A stretch of 64,000 nt of DNA from Octopus sinensis (GCF_006345805.1 NW_021831861.1:1573-65572), one strand, 5' to 3'. Positions 1-14,164 are shown, counted from the first letter of the stretch. Translations and numbers: made by a program. The notes: generated by a model not told the origin, from the letters alone.

Positions 1-310
1 GCAAGTGTCTTCTACAATAGGCTCGGGTCTACCAAAGCCTTGTGAGTGGATTTGGTAGACGGTAACTGAAAGAAGCCCGTCGTATATATGTATATATATA
101 TATGTGCGGTCGTGTGGTTTTGTGTGTCTGTGTTTGTTCCCCTAGCATTGCTTGACAACCAATGCTGGTGTGTTTATGTCCCCGTTACTTAGCGGTTCGG
201 CAAAAGAGACCGATAGAATAAGTACTGGGGTGGAGTTGCTCGATTAAAGGCGGTGCTCCAGCATGGCCGCAGTCAAATGACCGAAACAAGTTAAAGAGTA
301 AAAGAGAGAG
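1..310 (+). mobile_element. SINE family A, partial copy cut by the window edge
   Basis: Same body, internal TA/TG microsatellite and (GTAAAAGA)n-like tail as the copy at 7996-8414. Confidence 0.8.
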
Positions 311-1399
311 ATATAGTAGCTAAACTTCATATAGTAAATCAGTGTCTTCAAGTAAGTCAGTATGAGAAGTACACGTAAGCCTGTGCTTACGCGTATTTAT
401 TGCAATACAACAGTATGTCAAAAGTCTTAGAGTACTTTTAGTAAATTATAAGATGTACGTCAAGGGAAGATCAAAGAGGCTAAATTGGCTTAGCAGGAAC
501 GATAAATCAAGTACCAGTTACGCACTAGGGTCGATGGAATCGACTTAATCCCTCTGTCTGTCCTTGTTTGTCCCCTCTGTGTTTAGCCTCTTCTGGGTAG
601 TAAATAAATAAGAAACGTTAGCACGCCGGGCGAAATGCTTTGCGGTATTTCGTCTACCGCTACGTTCTGAGTTCAAATTCCGCCGAGGTCGACTTTGCCT
701 TTCATCCTTTCGGGGTCGATAAATTAAGTACCAGTTACACACTGGGGTCGATATAATCGACTTAATCCGTTTGTCTGTTCTCCTCTATGTTTAGCCCCTT
801 GTGGGCAATAAATAGGACACTGTATGAAATCTCGCCTCCCCCTCTCCACGTCCCCGATGTCATCCAAAGGAAAGTCAAAGGCCGATACAGCTTGACACCA
901 GTGATGTCGCAACTCTTTGCCATAGCCTCCTGAAACTGGACCAACGTGAAATAAAGAGTCTTGCACAAAAACACAACAGACATCCCTGTCCAGGAATCGA
1001 ACTCACTACCTCATGACTGTAATCCCGTCGTTCTAACCACCGAGCCATGTACCCTTGAAAGATAAACGATAAAATAAGATAATTGTCAGTGATTGCCTGT
1101 ATATATGAGTACGAATATTTATTATACTGTAGTTTTCATTTTGTAACTAGATAAACCTGACTTCTATTAAAATAGTTTCGCTTGTAAATAGCTTGTTCAG
1201 CAACAGTAAATAGCTACAGGACCTATACGCTATCCAAATGTTTCACGTCAAAAATATATGACTATAAACTCGTTCTTTCGCATTGGTTTACGAAGTTGTA
1301 TATTTTTTTTATATTATATTATCTTGTCTTGAAGTAAACTATAGAGAACCACCCAGCAGCAACATATGCCTGTAGCTACGTGTGTGTTTCTCGAGCTAG

Positions 1400-2158
1400 C
1401 GTGTGTCTGGTTTATATGAATTTGTGTATATATGCACGCATTTATGCATGCATGTATGTATGTATGTATGTATGTACGCACACATGTATATATGTATGAA
1501 TGTATGTATGTATGTATGTATGTATGTATGTATGTATGTATGTATGCACGCATGTATGCATGTATATATCTAGGTATGTATGCAGGCATGTAGTCATGTA
1601 TATATGTATGCATGCATGTATATATATGTATGTATATATGTATGTGTGTATATATGTATGTATACACGTATGTATCTATGTACGTTCGTATATATATGTT
1701 TGTATGCACGTTTGTATGTACGTATATATGTGGTATGCGTGTGTGCGTGGATATGCGTGTGTATATGTGCGTATGTGTGCATGCATGTATGTTTACACGT
1801 GTGTCTATGTATGCATGTATGTATGTATGTATGTATTATGTATGTATATATGTATGCATGCATGTATGTATGTATGTATGTATGTATGCATGTATGCATG
1901 CATGTATGTATGTATGTATGTATGTATGTATGTATGTATGTATGTGTATGTATGTATGTATGTATGTATGTATATATGTATGTATGTATGTGTGTGTGTG
2001 AATGTGTGTATCTAAATGTGTGTATGTATGTGTGTATGTATGTATGTATGTATGTATGTATGTATGTATATATGTATGTATGTATGTGTGTGTGTGAATG
2101 TGTGTATCTAAATGTGTGTATGTATGTGTGTATGTATGTATGTATGTATGTATGTATG

Positions 2159-2189
<31 letters not shown>

Positions 2190-2417
2190 GCTACCAAAAA
2201 CCACCCAGGAGCAACATATGACTGTACATATGTAAGTGTCGATCATGTATACGTGTATATGTGTGTGTATAATGTGTGTATATATGTCTGATTATTTATG
2301 CGTATATATGTGTGCGTATGAGTGTGTGCGTGTACATTATATATATATATATATATATACATATATATTTATACATACAATATATATAAATATATATATA
2401 TGCATATATATACATGC

Positions 2418-2461
<44 letters not shown>

Positions 2462-2504
2462 ATATATATATATATATATAAATATATATATATATTATAT
2501 ACAT

Positions 2505-2545
<41 letters not shown>

Positions 2546-2720
2546 CATGCACATATATATGCTCGTGTATGCGTGTGTATGTATGCCTGCATGGATATAT
2601 CGATATATGTTTGCATATATGTATGCATGCAAGTGTGTACACACACACACACATAAATATATATATTCACACACGTATGCACATATGAGTGTGTATATAC
2701 ATACATACATGTTGACATAC
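1400..2720. repeat. Compound (TATG)n/(TG)n/(TA)n microsatellite; similar tracts at about 14080-14370 (AAT), 14770-15150, 16960-17320, 19630-21150, 21700-22155, 37720-38080, 48205-48630 and 62742-63215
   Basis: Directly visible simple repeats. Confidence 0.97.
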
Positions 2721-3789
2721 AGGCATACAAATTCACATTATTTCTTTTTCCCCTTCCAACAAAGATTCTAAGCCTGTCAGTGCCTGAATTATCTTTTGCT
2801 TATACAAGATCCAAGCAGGTACGTCCTCTACTTGACCTCTGGTCCCCGTCAGAAGTAAACAATTTACAAACCTAAAACGAAACCAATCTTCCCGTAAAGA
2901 ATTTTAAAGGCTCTGTATATAGTATCTTAGCTGTCTTCTTTACAATGTAAATATTTCTGTTCGCGAAGCACTGGGCTATTTTTGAAGTGGATTCAGTTTG
3001 AGTCAATTGAACTAGCATCAGTGTCTTCCTTTGCACTCTATAAATAGCTTCTAATTAATGCACAGGGCCAGCAATTTTGACTGGGTGGGGTTGGGTTGGG
3101 GTTGGGGAGGTGGAATTAGTTGATATCATTGGCTTAGGTGTTTCGCTTGTACTTTATTTCATTGACGCCTAAAAAACTCAAGGGGTGAAAGGTTGGACTG
3201 GAAGGATTTCATCTCAGAATCTCAGAATGCAAATATGAATAGGCACAGGGGTGGTTGTGTGGTAATAAGTTGGCTTCCAAACTACATGGTTCTGGGTTCA
3301 GTCCCATTTGTGGCACCTTGGGCAAGTGTCTTTTACTGTAGCCTCGAGCCCCAGCCGACTAATTAATGCACGGGGCCAGAAATTTTGACGGGGTTGGGTT
3401 GGGGTTGGGGAGGTGGAATTAGTTGATATCATCGGCTTCGGTGTTTCGCTGGGACTTTATTTTATCGACGCCTAAAAAAACTCAAGGGGTGAAAGGTTGA
3501 AGAAAACTGGAAGGATTTCACCTCAGAATGCAAAAAAAAAAAAGAAAAAAGGGCGGAACAAATATGAATAGGCACAGGGGTGGTTGTGCGGTAAGAAGTT
3601 GGCTTCCAAACTACATGGTTTCGGGTTCAGTCCCATTTCGTGGCACCTTGGACAAGTGTCTTCTACTGTAGCCTCGAGTCCCAGCCGACTAAAGCCTTGT
3701 GAGAGGATTTGATTGGCGGAAACTTAAAGACATGTTGTGTGTGTGTGTATGTATGTGTGTGTGTGTGTGATATGTGTGTATGTATTTAG

Positions 3790-3993
3790 AAAAAATCCCC
3801 CCCCAAAAAAACGAAGAACAAACAGAAGAAAAAACAACAATGCGAAGATGTGGTACATGTAAAAAAAAAATCAGTAAACGCTCAGGGAAGGAAAGAAAGG
3901 TAGTTTTACGTTTCGAGTTAAGTTCTTCGTCAGAAACAGGAGACAGAGGGAAGTCGAATAGATTAAGGAAGACGGAGGACAAATTCGCCATCG

Positions 3994-3995
<2 letters not shown>
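3790..3995 (-). mobile_element. About 200-bp hammerhead-bearing non-autonomous element (family H1), lying in the internal microsatellite of a family A SINE
   Basis: Diverged reverse-strand homologue of 16280-16485 and 59895-60090. Confidence 0.65.
3903..3937 (-). ncRNA. Minimal type I hammerhead ribozyme motif (family H1, weakened stem II)
   Basis: Minus strand reads GUUU-CUGACGA-A-GAACUUAACUC-GAA-ACGU-A-AAAC. Confidence 0.55.
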
Positions 3996-4030
<35 letters not shown>

Positions 4031-5700
4031 ACACACACACCACACAACACACACACACATATATATATATAACTGTATGTATGTCTTTATGTCTGCTTGT
4101 CCCTCTCTACCGTTTGGCAACTGGTGTTGATATGTTTATCTCACTGTAACCTAGCGGTTCGGCAAAACCGGACAATAAAATAAGTCCCAAGCTTTAAAAA
4201 AGTACTAGGGGCGGAGGCAATTCATTCGACTGAAATTTTTACAAGGCGGTGCTCCAGCATGGCTGCAGTCTAATGACTGAAACAAGTAAAAGATGCAAGA
4301 GAAACACCGCAAGGCATTTTTTCCGAGACAGTCTAATAAGTGTGCTAATCCATCGCCCAGAATGAAATGTTTGAAACGGACGGATACAAGAGTGAACATG
4401 GCAAGGTCATTAGAAGTGTGATGCTGATTTTCATGAAATTGGAGTTACCGTATTTTAACATGTATAAGGAGCCCTCGTGTATAAAGAACCCTCTAATTTT
4501 GGGGGCTTAAAATTTGAAAAAGGTTTTCTAAGGGATTATAATATTATCCATGTATAAGAAGTATGTCTGGTGAAATTTTCATGTAGAAATTTTCTCCGAA
4601 ACGATAACCTACGTTATGCTTGCCTATAATTTCATCTGAGCCACTGCATGTATCAAATGTTTCATTCCTCTATTTTTGTAGATAGAAACAGCAATTTCTA
4701 TTTAGCTACAAATGACCGGCTGTTGTCTACTACTGAAGTGGTGATAACTATACAGCAAAACCGTGCCTAGTAGTTCATAGTATTCCTATGTCTCTTGGAG
4801 TCTATGTATTGCTTACACATTTTGTCTATAAAAGACGTCATTCTCTGATACGATAGTCTGCAGCGAAGCGCCATTTTCATGTTCAAGTGTGCAGGAACGT
4901 GAGAAGAATTACTGCACAATTCAGCTACAATAAGGGCTAATGAGGAAGCGTGGACTAGTCATTAAGATGTTGCTCGCAAGATTGTAGTTTCGATTCCCAG
5001 ACCGGGTGGTGTGTTGCATCCCTAAGCGAAACACTTCACTTAACGTTGCACTGTGATCACTCGGTGTTCTTTTTAATGGCTTCGTCAGAGACATTTAGAT
5101 TAATGTGTGAAATGTGTGAAGAAACCCCGACACATGAATCTTTCTCTCACTATAGACTGAACTCCGCTAAAGGCACTAAGAAAACAAAAAACAGGCGGTT
5201 CTTTTAAACTGAGCAATAGATTATGCCTAATGTCTAAGAACAAGTACAGACCATCCGATTAATTTCTGTGTAGTTTCAATCCAGTTGAAGAGATGAGATG
5301 ATTATAGACAGATAAGATGAGTATAACTAGATACACGAGATAACTATGGTTAGATTGACGTATTGGTAGACGGGATGACTGCATCTAGAGCAGAGGTCGA
5401 GGAACATTTTAAACAGTCACTCCATAATATATTTATTTACGCCGACTACGCCGATTACCCTCTTGATTTGAAAGGAAGAAAATCACAGATTCTTTCAATT
5501 CAAAATGTTTATTGACTCTGTTTTATTGAATCTATTTATATGAACCTATTTACACGTTAATTACATGAGACAGAGGCAGCGTTGCCAGAAGAAAAAAATT
5601 CTATCGTAACAAGGATCAGGTTTTTTTTTTACATAATTTTATTTATGGCTAAAGAGTCCTCATTACCTCCAAGAATTTCATTTTTACCCCATTTTTTTTT

Positions 5701-5887
5701 TTTACTTGTTTCAGTCATTTGACTGTGGCCATGCTGGAACACCGCCTTTAATCGAGCAAATCGACCCCAGGACTTATTCTTTGGAAGCCTAGTACTTATT
5801 CTATCGGTCTCTTTTGCCGAACCGCTAAGTTACGGGGACGTAAACACACCACCATCGGTTTTCAAGCGATGTTTGGGGGAACAAACA

Positions 5888-5936
<49 letters not shown>

Positions 5937-6357
5937 ATATATATATATACATAGGCGGCGAGCTGGCAGAAACGTTAACACGCTGGGCGAAATGCGTAGC
6001 TGTATTTCGTCTGCCGTTACGTTCTGAGTTCAAATTCCACCGAGGTCGACTTTGCCTTTCATCCTTTCGGGGTCGATAAATTAAGTACCAGTTATGCACT
6101 GGGTCGACGTAATCCGTTTGTCTGTCCTTATTTGTCCCCTCTGTGTGTAGCCCCTTGTGGGTAGTAAAGAAATATATATATATATACATATATACGACGT
6201 GCTTCTTTCAGTTTCCGTCTACCAAATCCACTCACAAGGCTTTGGTCGGCCCGAGGCTATAGTAGAAGACACTTGCCCAAGGTGCCACGCAGTGGGATTG
6301 AACTCGGAACCATGTGGTTGGTAAGCAAGCTACTTACCACACAGCCACTCCTGCGCC
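5701..6357 (-). mobile_element. SINE family A with a family B SINE (5955-6172, + strand) nested in its internal TA tract
   Basis: Both halves of family A flank a complete family B monomer. Confidence 0.8.
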
Positions 6358-7422
6358 ATTTGGAGTAATTTACCCCGGTTCGCCGACCCCAGATACAAAG
6401 AGGTCTTGAGCAGCTAGGTAATGCATTCAATGACATAACAGACACGCTAGCGTATTAGATGTACTTCAATTTCAGCTGTACATATCCAAGGGAAAAAAAT
6501 TTCTTAGTGCACTAAAGCATGTAATATTCAAAGCAATCTGGTAAAACGTTACAAAATATTACAAAAGTAAGTTAGCTAGAGCAAAAAAGCCATACTGTAT
6601 ATAAGAATAATAGGTTAGCAGCATAGATGAACGAACATAAAACCAAGAAATCAAGATGGTGAAGATATCGTTACGGATCAGCCTAAACTGACAAACGTCG
6701 CTGGCACATTATAATGATAATCCTAAGTAATAATCGTTTCTACTTCAGGCACAAGGCCTGAAATTTGCGGGAGGGAACCAGTCAGTAACATCGACCCTAG
6801 TGCGTGAGTGGTGCATATTTTAACGACCCCGAAAGGATGAATGGTATTTGGATTCAGAACGTAAGAAAGGGTGATATGCCACGAAGCATGTTGCTCTGCC
6901 TGCTGACAAATCTGCCAGCTTGCCGCTTCTACAGTATATGTAATAAACCTTTCTACTGTAGGCAAAAGGTCTAAAATTTAGTGGAAGGGGGGGACATCGA
7001 CCCCAGTTTTTCACTGTTACTTAATTCATAGACCCTGAAAGGATGAAACTTTTCTACTGTAGGCAAAAGGTCTGAAATTTGGTGTGGGCGGGGGGAACTA
7101 GTCGATTACATCGACCCCAGTTTTTCACTGGTATTTAATTTATAGACCCCGAAAGGATGAAAGGAAAAGTCAACCTCGGCGGAATTTGAACTCAGAACGT
7201 AAGGACGGGCGAAATGTCACTAAGCATATTGCTCGGCGTGCTGACGATTCTGCCAACTCACCGCTTCTACAGTATATGTAATAAACCTTTCTACTGTAGG
7301 CAAAAGGTCTGAAATTTGGTGGGGGGGGGGCACATCGATCCTAGTTTTTCATTGGTACTTAATTTATAGACCCCGAAAGGATGAAAGGTAAAGTTGACCT
7401 CGGTGGAATTTGAACACAGTAC

Positions 7423-7484
<62 letters not shown>

Positions 7485-7803
7485 GATGTTCACATGATTG
7501 TTGTTATGGAGTTAAGCTAGGTAGAGGAGATCGTCTTGATTAAAATTATCATATAATAGTGAGCGTCATGAATAAAATTAGCCAGCTTCACATTTTAGGA
7601 CCCGGGGTGATGTTTTAAGATAGTTTTTGGTTGATGTTAATTATCTGTAGGGACACCGTATTTTGCTTTACAACCATAATATTCTACAAAGTATATTAAA
7701 CGCTTTAGGGATAACCTTAACAAGGAAGTTTTTAGTTAGGGAAGTGGGGCGGAGAATGTATATTTTATATGCCGTCAAATACGGTAGATAAGTTGATTAG
7801 AAT

Positions 7804-8684
7804 CAGGACCAGATTAAGGTTTATAGAAGCCCTAAGCACTTAAAAGGTTTTCGTGCCCTCAAGTATATGTAAATAGTTCAAAATGTAAACAAAAATAAAT
7901 GAAAATTTTAAAGGATAATAAACCATAAATTAAATGTTTATTTTTCAAAATGAAACAAAATTCATAGTAAGATGGAAAATAAAGTATATTTTGTAGGCGT
8001 AGGAGTGGCTGTATGGTAAGTAGCTTGTTTACCAACCACTTGGTTTCGGGTTCAGTCCCACTTCGTGGCACCTTGGGCAAGTGCCTTCTACTATAGCCTC
8101 GGGCCGACCAAAACCTTGTGAGTGAATTTGGTAGACGGAAACTGAAAGAAGACCGTCGTATATATGTATGTATATATGTATGTGTGTATATGTTTGTGTG
8201 TCTGTGTTTGCCCACATCCTACATCACTTGACAATCGATGCTGGTGTGATTACGTCACCGTAACTTAGAGGTTCGGCAAAAGAGGCAGTAGAATAAGTAC
8301 TAGGCTTACAAAGAATAAGTCCTGGGATCGATTTGCTCGACTAAAAGCGGTGCTCCAGCATGGCCGCAGTCAAATGACTGAAACAAGTAAAAGAGTAAAA
8401 GAGAGTAAAAGAGTATGCTTCCATGTTTTTTTATATCTGAAAAGTTTTTTCCTTCGTTATTTATTTTTTTAATTGCAAAATCTTCAATGAATGATATCGT
8501 TAAAATTAATTTTACGTAAAATTTCTGCTTCTATACTTAGTAGAGATAAGGCATTACGAATATCATTTTGGCAAGTTTAAAGGGATTTCTTTCGTACCGT
8601 AAACCATTTTCATTTCTGTGGTACCCCCATCCCTTGATGGCTTAATCAGGTGTTTATTTTGCTTAATGGGTTAATCCAGCGCTG
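7804..8684. mobile_element. hAT-type non-autonomous DNA transposon containing a nested SINE
   Basis: Imperfect terminal inverted repeats caggaccagattaa / ttaatccagcgctg and an 8-bp target duplication attagaat (7796-7803) / attagaag (8685-8692). Confidence 0.6.
7996..8414 (+). mobile_element. tRNA-derived SINE family A, full length, with internal microsatellite
   Basis: Head with A-box-like tggctgtatggt and B-box-like gggttcagtccc, internal (TA/TG)n, tail (gtaaaaga)n. More than ten related copies or fragments occur in the window. Confidence 0.85.
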
Positions 8685-8840
8685 ATTAGAAGGATTATAA
8701 TTAGACAGAAAGATAGGATGACCGTAGTTGTGATTGCTATAACGAGTTGAATGCTTCATTTGAGCGCCAATTCAGGTAAAACCAACTGAGACCTTTATCA
8801 CAGACTCAGAAATATATATTCCAGTATCTGAAGTTGATGT

Positions 8841-9212
8841 TGCTGTTGTTGCTATTGTTGAGCGAACGGTCTTCGTCCCAGAGCTCGCAAGATGGGAGAA
8901 GTCCGAAAGGTGGTCCTTTGCTATTCGTAAGACCCGCAGAAGAGATAGCGGGTCAACCCCCGACACCGAGAGTATCGACGGATGGATGAATGCGTATCCA
9001 GGCTCAGCGGTTGCGTAGGAAGTCGGGGACAAGAAACAGGAAGAAAGAGTGAGAGAAAGTTGGGGCGAAAGAGTACAACAGGGGTCGCCACCAGCCCCTG
9101 CCGGAGCCTCGTGGAGCTTTAGGTGTTTTCGCTCAATAAACACACACAACGCCCCGTCTGGGAATCGAAACCGCGATCCTCCGACCGCGAGTCCGCTGCC
9201 ATTGTGCCTCCA
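8841..9212 (-). mobile_element. tRNA-derived SINE family C, tail variant 1
   Basis: Head shared with 49619-50003. 13-bp target duplication ctgaagttgatgt at 8828-8840 and 9213-9225. (CAA)-like tail. Confidence 0.8.
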
Positions 9213-10196
9213 CTGAAGTTGATGTAGTCAACCATGGCCACCCCTTTCTATAAATTAGTCTTTGCGTAACAACAAAAGGACTATCGATAAGCAAAATATG
9301 TAAAATACTAAAGCGAATCATATAAAAATATTATTCTACCGTCTGTTGTTACCCCTGGGTAGTTCAAATAATACTGCGTTGTTCAACCTGTACTGGGGGT
9401 ATTTTTCTTCTTTTCTAAACCCTCATCTGTCTTTAATTTTCGTTTCTATTTCACAAGGCCCTTAGCTACATGTTGTAAGACCTCCAAGAGTGCATATATC
9501 TCTACCACGAAGAATCTAAAGCAGGTCTTCCTCCCGTTCTTCCTCTCTCTCTCTCCCATCGTCTATACAAAGTCCACAAAATATATTTTTAGAATCAAGT
9601 AATTGAACTGAACATAACTTGTTAATAAGTTCTAATTTCGTTTTCCTTTGTTAATAAATCAGTCAGGTAATTAGGTATTTTCCACTCATTTCTGTTATCT
9701 ATTTGGAAGACTTAAACAAATATTTTGATACCAGACATTCAACTAAGAATCTTATGTTTCTCCAACACACCTATTTTTGAAACTCCGATAAAATACGGGT
9801 AGCGTAAACAACAGCTTGTCAGCCAACGTAGACCATTGTGCTTGTACGAGGTCGGTGTGGAGGGAAACGGAAGCTCAAAAGATAAATAGATTAACAAATA
9901 AAGGTACCGAATGTGGTTGGGTAAAAGTTAAATATACAGCCCACCGACAGCTTCGTCGCAGTTTCGATTTCTAGCAGGAAACAATTCACTCTGTTTACGT
10001 TATTCTTGTTTCAGTCATTTGACTGTGGCCATGCTGGAGCACCGCCATTAGTCGAGCAAGTCGACCCCAGGACTTATGCTTTGTAAGCCTAGTATTTATT
10101 CTATCGGTCTTTTTGCCGAGCCGCTAAGTTACGGGGACGTAAACACACCAGCATCTGTTGTCAAGCGATGTTAGGTGGACAAACATAGGTACACAA

Positions 10197-10237
<41 letters not shown>

Positions 10238-10846
10238 CGACGGGCTTCTTTCAGTTTCCGTCTACCAAATCCACTCAACTTAATCCCTTTGTCTGTCCTC
10301 GTTTGTCCCCTCTATGTTTAGCCCCTTGTGGGCAATAAAGGAATAAGAATCGTTAGCACGCCGGGCGAAATGCTTAGCCGTATTTCGGCCGTCGCTACGT
10401 TCTGAGTTCAAATTCCACCGAGGTCAACTTTACTATTCATACTTTCGGACGTTGATAAAATAAGTACCAGTTGTACACTCGGGCTGATGTAATTGGCCAT
10501 CTCACTTCCCTGAAATTGCTGGTCTTGGGCCAAAATGTGAAACCAGTATCTATAAATGCAGATACTCATTTCCATCTTCCAAAAATCAACAGTTGCTGTT
10601 TTTAAATTACACGATACAGACGTAGGCATGGCTGTGTGGTTAAAGAGCTAGCTCTGCCACGACGTAGTTTTGAGTTCGATCCCACTGTGCGGCACCTGGG
10701 GCAAGTGTCGTCTACTATAGCTCCGGGTCGACTAATATTTTGTGAGTGAATTTGGTAGACGAAAACTGCAGAAGCCTTTCGTATATATATATGTGTGTGT
10801 GTGTGTGTACACATACATAAATAAATAAATATATATATATATATAT

Positions 10847-11009
10847 CAAAGAAGAAAAAGAAAACGGAGATTGGGAAGTTAATAACTGTTTATCATTAAC
10901 AGCTAATTAATCATCAGTCCTTACAGCTGTTTCGAGAGATGATGATTAATTTGCTATTAATAATAAACAATTATTATCTTTCCAATCTCCATTTTCTTTT
11001 TTTCTTTTG
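10847..11009. repeat. Fold-back inverted repeat (about 70-bp arms) next to (TA)n, with the 3' half of a hammerhead in the loop
   Basis: Arms 10847-10916 and 10940-11009. The loop read on the minus strand gives GAA-ACAGCUGU-A-AGGAC. Confidence 0.7.
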
Positions 11010-11152
11010 TATTAATATAAATGATATGTTTTTATATATATTCCAATTATTCTAAGAAAATCAATTCCTCCCAAAATACTAGGTATTGAACCAGTATTTT
11101 CTTTGATGAAGCCATCCCTTCATGAGGTTAACACAGCCTCTAATCGAAGTAT

Positions 11153-11208
<56 letters not shown>

Positions 11209-12724
11209 GTGTGTCTGTGTGTGTGTGTGTTGACCTGCTGGCTTAGCCAGCGGGGTGGCGTCATTTGAAGGCTAAAACAATGCGAATCGTATTGTGACCA
11301 GCGATGTGTAGCAACATCTGATAGCCTGGTCGGTCACGGTGATCACGGTGATATATATATATATGTATGTATGTATATGTATAAATGTATGTATGTATAT
11401 ATGTACGTATGTGCTTGTATGTGAATGTGAGTGCGTGTGTGTATGTGTGATTGTGTTTGTGTTTGCTCCCCCGCCAATAACACTAGCATCAACGCTAGCG
11501 GTTCGGCAAAAGAGAATGATAAACACATAAATACCAGACTTTAAAGAATATAAGTACCAGGTTTAATTTGTTCGTCTGAACCCTTCAAGGTGGTGCCCCA
11601 GCATGGTCACAGTCGAATGACCGAAAAAAAGTTTTTAAAAAAACCTAAAAAACGATAAAACATAGAAGAAAAAATCCCATTTGTGCAAAGATGGGGGGGG
11701 GGAAAGAGGTTAAAATTAATCTCGATGCAATTTGAATTGAATAAACTGAAAACATCTGATGATTCGGCTAAAATATCGACTCGATTTCTTAATCGAAAGA
11801 ATCCATCAGACTGGCACTTGTTTTCGGTTTCTGTTATGTTAAGGGGCTGCGAGACATTGCTCCCTTTTAGAAAAAACGTTTGTCTATTAGCAAAGAAACT
11901 TCTCCCGGGGGAGAAATTTTCCTCGACTCTGACAGGCGATGAATCACTCACAAAAGCGTTGCAGCTGAGCCGCCACGAACTACTTACAGTAATATCTTAT
12001 ACAAGCTGAGATTGCTAGTTGTGATAATCCCTCGGAGCCTAAACTGTGATGAATGAAACACTAAACAAATATACGGAGTTGTACAATTATTGGCATAAAA
12101 TGAAATAATATTGTTCGTTAACTAATAGTCTTGTATTTCATCGCATGCATTTCGAAATAGCTTTTTAATGTTCGCTACATTAAATAAGCTGTCACTAACA
12201 TACCTATTGTTTTACGTACAGGCGGCAGTTCTACATTATGTAATCCCCAAAGAATTCTAGAATTTTTTTCCTACGCCAATAAATGTACAATCTTGTTGAT
12301 TTGCTTAGTTATTCATTCATCAGTACATCAAAGTTGGGCGGGGTGTGAATATGCTTTGCTGAAGAGTTACGCATAACGATGAAATATGTCTTGAGTTATC
12401 TCCCATATTTGTCAGTAAATGAAAGATAGCTGTTATTGATTGACATTCTTTCCCCTCATCACGTTTATATCTACTTAACCTTTAGGGCCAAGAATGTTGA
12501 GTGGTTAAGAAGCTGGCATCGCAACCACGTATTTTCTGGATCGGTTCCACCGCAACACTGATACGATCAACGGAATAGCTTGCTCGTGAAATTAATGTGC
12601 AAGTGGCTGAGTACTCCACGACCTTACAGTCGTGAGCCGAAAGCCCTAACCACTAAACCACACAACTTCACCATACATACATACAAAAATACATACATAC
12701 ATATTTTCATCCTTTCTTTTATCT

Positions 12725-12909
12725 TTCTTTTACTTGTTTCAGTCATTTGACTGCGGCCATGCTGGAGCACCGCCTTTAGTCGAACAAATCGACCCCAGGA
12801 CTTATTCTTTGTAAGCTTAGTACTTATTCAATCATTTTCTTTTTGCCGAACCGATAAGTTACATGGACGTAAACACACCAGCATCGGTTGTCAAGTGATG
12901 TCGGGGGAA

Positions 12910-12948
<39 letters not shown>

Positions 12949-13124
12949 ATATATATATACACGACGGGATTCTTTTCAGTTTCCGTCTACCAAATCCACT
13001 CACAAGGCTTCGGTCGGCCCGAGGCTATAGTAGGAGACACTTGCCCAAGGTGCTACGCAGTGGGACTGAACCCGGAACCATGTGGCTGGTAAGCAAGCTA
13101 CTTACCACACAGCCACTCCTACGC
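12725..13124 (-). mobile_element. SINE family A immediately upstream of the CUB1 exon
   Basis: Reverse complement of the 7996-8414 family. Confidence 0.85.
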
Positions 13125-13181
13125 ATATATACATACATAGTTCTTGTATCTAATAATTATTTCTTTTCTCTTTTTTTCCAG

Positions 13182-13436
13182 CGCCAAAAGGCTACAAGAT
13201 TCATTTGGATTTCAAAAACAACTTTATCCTCGAAGAATCTCCGGAGTGTAACTACGATTATCTGGAAATCCGAGACGGTCCATTCGGATATTCCCCGCTG
13301 CTAAAACGTCACTGTGGTCGAGATTTCCCACCATTTTATTTATCTTCTTCTCGCTACCTCTGGCTCCGCTTCAAAACGGATGACAATGTACACAAGAAAG
13401 GATTCCATGCTACATATTCATATCAGAAAGACGAAA
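13182..13436 (+). CDS. Neto: Neto-like gene, internal exon encoding the C-terminal two thirds of CUB domain 1
   Basis: Acceptor tttttttccag, donor gtaagt, phase 1/1. Peptide (A)PKGYKIHLDFKNNFILEESPECNYDYLEIRDGPFGYSPLLKRHCGRDFPPFYLSSSRYLWLRFKTDDNVHKKGFHATYSYQKDE. The RDGPFGYSP motif is typical of Neto CUB1. Confidence 0.92.
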
Positions 13437-14091
13437 GTAAGTCACATTTTCTAAGCTGTTCTTGAGAGTTTTTGCATGCATTCAAGCATATACCTATAAC
13501 TGGCTTTAACAGTATCGCGAAAGGCCTCGTTGGAGGCCCAACCCTCCGAGTTCTTTTACAGGGTTTAGAAAAACTGAAGGACCACTGCAATAAGTGTGTG
13601 AATCTGAGAGGGGAATATGTTGAATAAAATCATAATTAACTGATCCTCCTGTATGTCGGTATATACTTAAAGGCGGCGAGCTGGCAGAAACGTTAGTACG
13701 TCGGGCGAAATGCTTAACGGTATTTCCTCTGCCGTAACGTTCTGAGTTCAAATTCCGCCGAGGTCGACTTTTCCTTTCATCCTTTCGGGGTCGATTAATT
13801 AAGTACCAGTTACGCACTGTGGTCGATGTAATCGACTTAAGACCTATGTCTGTCCTTGTTTGTCCCCTCTGTGTTTAGCCCCTTGTTGGTTATTAGAGAA
13901 ATAGGTATTTCGCTGCCGCTACGTTCTGAGTTCAAATTCTGCCAAGGTCGACTTTGCCTTTCATCCATTCGGGGTCGATTAAATAAGTACCAGTTACGCA
14001 CTGGGGGCGATATAATCGACTTAATCTGTTTGTCTGCCCTTGTTTGTCCCCTCTGCGTGTATTAAAGAAAACAGTAATGATAATAATAATA

Positions 14092-14164
<73 letters not shown>

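Noticed and set aside
545-983. Recurrent peptides such as MRNWYLFNRPRKDERQSRPRRNLNSER
   Set aside because: They are chance frames in SINE family B copies, not a protein family.
1314-2771. Long ORFs rich in YIYI, MYVC, HTYI or LSIY here and at many other positions
   Set aside because: They are translations of (TA)n, (TATG)n, (CA)n and (TCTA)n microsatellites, which lack stop codons in some frames. There is no coding evidence.
5078-5095. CUGACGA-AGCC on the minus strand
   Set aside because: Only the 5' half of a hammerhead is present, with no matching GGCU-GAAA.
12305-12330. CUGAUGA on the minus strand
   Set aside because: No stem II or GAAA follows, so it is a chance match.
1-13181. Search for the signal peptide and first CUB1 exon of Neto
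   Set aside because: No SPNYP-like exon with suitable splice sites was found. It probably lies upstream of the window. The transmembrane exon was likewise not found after 59810.
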